A model generated the notes under the pieces. That model saw only the letters and a program-made list of their open reading frames with translations. It ran no database searches and was not told the origin of the DNA. Below are positions 62,797 to 64,000 of a stretch of 64,000 bases of DNA, one piece after another (within the stretch, counting starts at the first letter, position 1; each line of letters opens with the position of its first letter). The stretch comes from Kiritimatiellia bacterium (lineage in GTDB: Bacteria; Verrucomicrobiota; Kiritimatiellia; RFP12; UBA1067). The position numbers and the translations under genes were made by a program. The stretch covers positions 2,585-66,584 of the forward strand of contig JBJEWF010000080.1 in the NCBI GenBank assembly GCA_051884915.1, given 5' to 3'.

Positions 62797-63705
62797 TCAC
62801 GGGCAGTCCTGCAGCAGGCGGAGAACCGGATAGGCCAGCGCCGGCAGGAAGATGAACGAATCGAACATGTCGAGGAATCCCCCCATGCCCGCCGGCATGA
62901 AAGTGGCGGAGTCCTTGACCGCGCATTCGCGCTTCAGGCGCGATTCGATCAGATCGCCCGCCGTCGCCAGCAGGGCGAAGAGGATGCCGACCGGGACGGC
63001 CAGCGGATAGGTCAGGTGCCGCCAGAAACGGACGTCGGCCGCCCAGTTGAAATGGTTCGCCGCCGCGATGAACACGCAGGTCGTCGCGCTGGCGAAGACC
63101 ATCGACCCGAGCAGGCCTTCCCAGGACTTGTTCGGCGAAATCGACGGGCACATCTTGTGCCGCCCCCAGGCGAGCCCGAAGGCGAAGCCGCCCGTGTCGG
63201 AGAGCTTGGCGACGGCAATCAGGTAGAACAGCGCGTAGAGGCCCGCCCGCGTCGCGGGCATCGCGAAGCGGCACGTCGCTTCCGCCGCCGGCTCCAGCTG
63301 CACGATGCGCAGGAAGAACGACAGGAGGAACGGCACGTAGAAGAAGCCCAGCAGCGTCGCCCCCGCCGACGCGACGGGCTTCGCGCAGCGGGAGCCGAAC
63401 GTGACGACCAGGGCCAGCAGGAAGAGGGCCGGCACGGACGCCACGAGGCCGATAAGCGCGCAGGTCCGCGCCCCTGCCGCGCCGGGCGTCGCCGCGCTCA
63501 CGAGGATCCAGCCCACGCCCATCAGCAGACCAAGCCAGGTCACGGGTTCGTACCGCCGCACCATCTGGTAGAACTCCAGCTGGAGAAGAATCGCCAGAAT
63601 CGCCAGAATCGGCACGAGCGCCGGCAGCGGGCAGCGGAGGAACAGGCCGAGGACGCACGCGCCGACCGCCAGTCCCGCCAGGGTCCGTTTTGCGATTTTG
63701 TTCAT
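62797..63705 (-). CDS. cdsA: Phosphatidate cytidylyltransferase (CDP-diglyceride synthase)
   Basis: Track ORF trimmed to ATG 63705, which overlaps the purA stop (TGATG). Signature SDTGGFAFGLAWGRHKM...SPNKSWEG. Confidence 0.88.
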   Translation of the reverse strand: MNKIAKRTLAGLAVGACVLGLFLRCPLPALVPILAILAILLQLEFYQMVRRYEPVTWLGLLMGVGWILVSAATPGAAGARTCALIGLVASVPALFLLALVVTFGSRCAKPVASAGATLLGFFYVPFLLSFFLRIVQLEPAAEATCRFAMPATRAGLYALFYLIAVAKLSDTGGFAFGLAWGRHKMCPSISPNKSWEGLLGSMVFASATTCVFIAAANHFNWAADVRFWRHLTYPLAVPVGILFALLATAGDLIESRLKRECAVKDSATFMPAGMGGFLDMFDSFIFLPALAYPVLRLLQDCP

Positions 63706-64000
63706 CAGAGGGCAATCCGGAGGGTGGATTCGCGGGCCGGCCCGATGGACAGGATCCCGAGTTTGGCGCCCGACAGCTCGATCAGGCGGTCCACGTAGGC
63801 CTTCGCCTTCGGCGGCAGGTCCTCGATGCGCGTGACGTGGGAGGTTTCGCACATCCAGCCGTCCATCTCCTCGTAGATCGGCTTGACGCGCGCCAGCTCG
63901 GCGGCGGACGAGGGCATGAAGTCGATGCGCCGGCCGTCCAGCTCGTAGGCCACGCAGATCTTGATCTTGGGGAAGACGTCCATCACGTCGAGTTTCGTCA
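63705..64000 (-). CDS. purA: Adenylosuccinate synthetase, C-terminal part only (5' end lies right of the window)
   Basis: C-terminal sequence ...PIYEEMDGW...DLPPKAKAYVDRLIELSGAKLGILSIGPARESTL matches the PurA C-terminus. The frame stays open to the window edge. Confidence 0.85.
   Translation of the reverse strand, partial: TKLDVMDVFPKIKICVAYELDGRRIDFMPSSAAELARVKPIYEEMDGWMCETSHVTRIEDLPPKAKAYVDRLIELSGAKLGILSIGPARESTLRIAL

Overview
This is a GC-rich bacterial chromosomal segment. I call 45 protein-coding genes (two are cut by the window edges) and one tRNA-Arg(TCT). I found no rRNA, CRISPR array, transposase, integrase or prophage genes.

Gene content is a mix of two kinds:
- Housekeeping genes: carB, hisC, thrC, rlmN, holA, dnaB, cdsA, purA, ftsB, hemW.
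- Many secreted or periplasmic glycan-active enzymes: GH92, GH127, GH27, GH10, a parallel beta-helix protein, four exported Gfo/Idh/MocA oxidoreductases, a very large double FAD-domain protein, and several secreted proteins with no assignable family.

This content fits a PVC-type (Kiritimatiellota/Lentisphaerota-like) polysaccharide degrader, but that taxonomic guess is inference only.

The supplied ORF track shows alternative start codons as M and contains many long GC-driven shadow ORFs. I trimmed starts to ATG or GTG codons that fit signal peptides, Shine-Dalgarno sites or gene overlaps.

Most interesting items:
1. An isolated operon at 45082-47796 encoding a NeuD-like acyltransferase, a membrane-anchored bacterial homologue of eukaryotic EHD/dynamin-type NTPases, and a secreted SNase-fold nuclease.
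2. A GGGtGRT protein plus NifU-like scaffold pair of unknown function.
3. A recurrent extended -10 promoter (TGnTAnAAT) that sits 6-7 nt from the start codon of several genes, which predicts leaderless mRNAs. One case is a perfectly mirrored divergent pair.
4. An RND permease with no adaptor or outer-membrane partner, abutting an LpxL-type acyltransferase.
5. A long U32-family protein converging on, and overlapping, rlmN.
6. A tandem pair of exported oxidoreductase paralogues that share exact 31-38 nt DNA stretches.

All function calls rest on motifs read by eye and recalled family knowledge. No database search was run.
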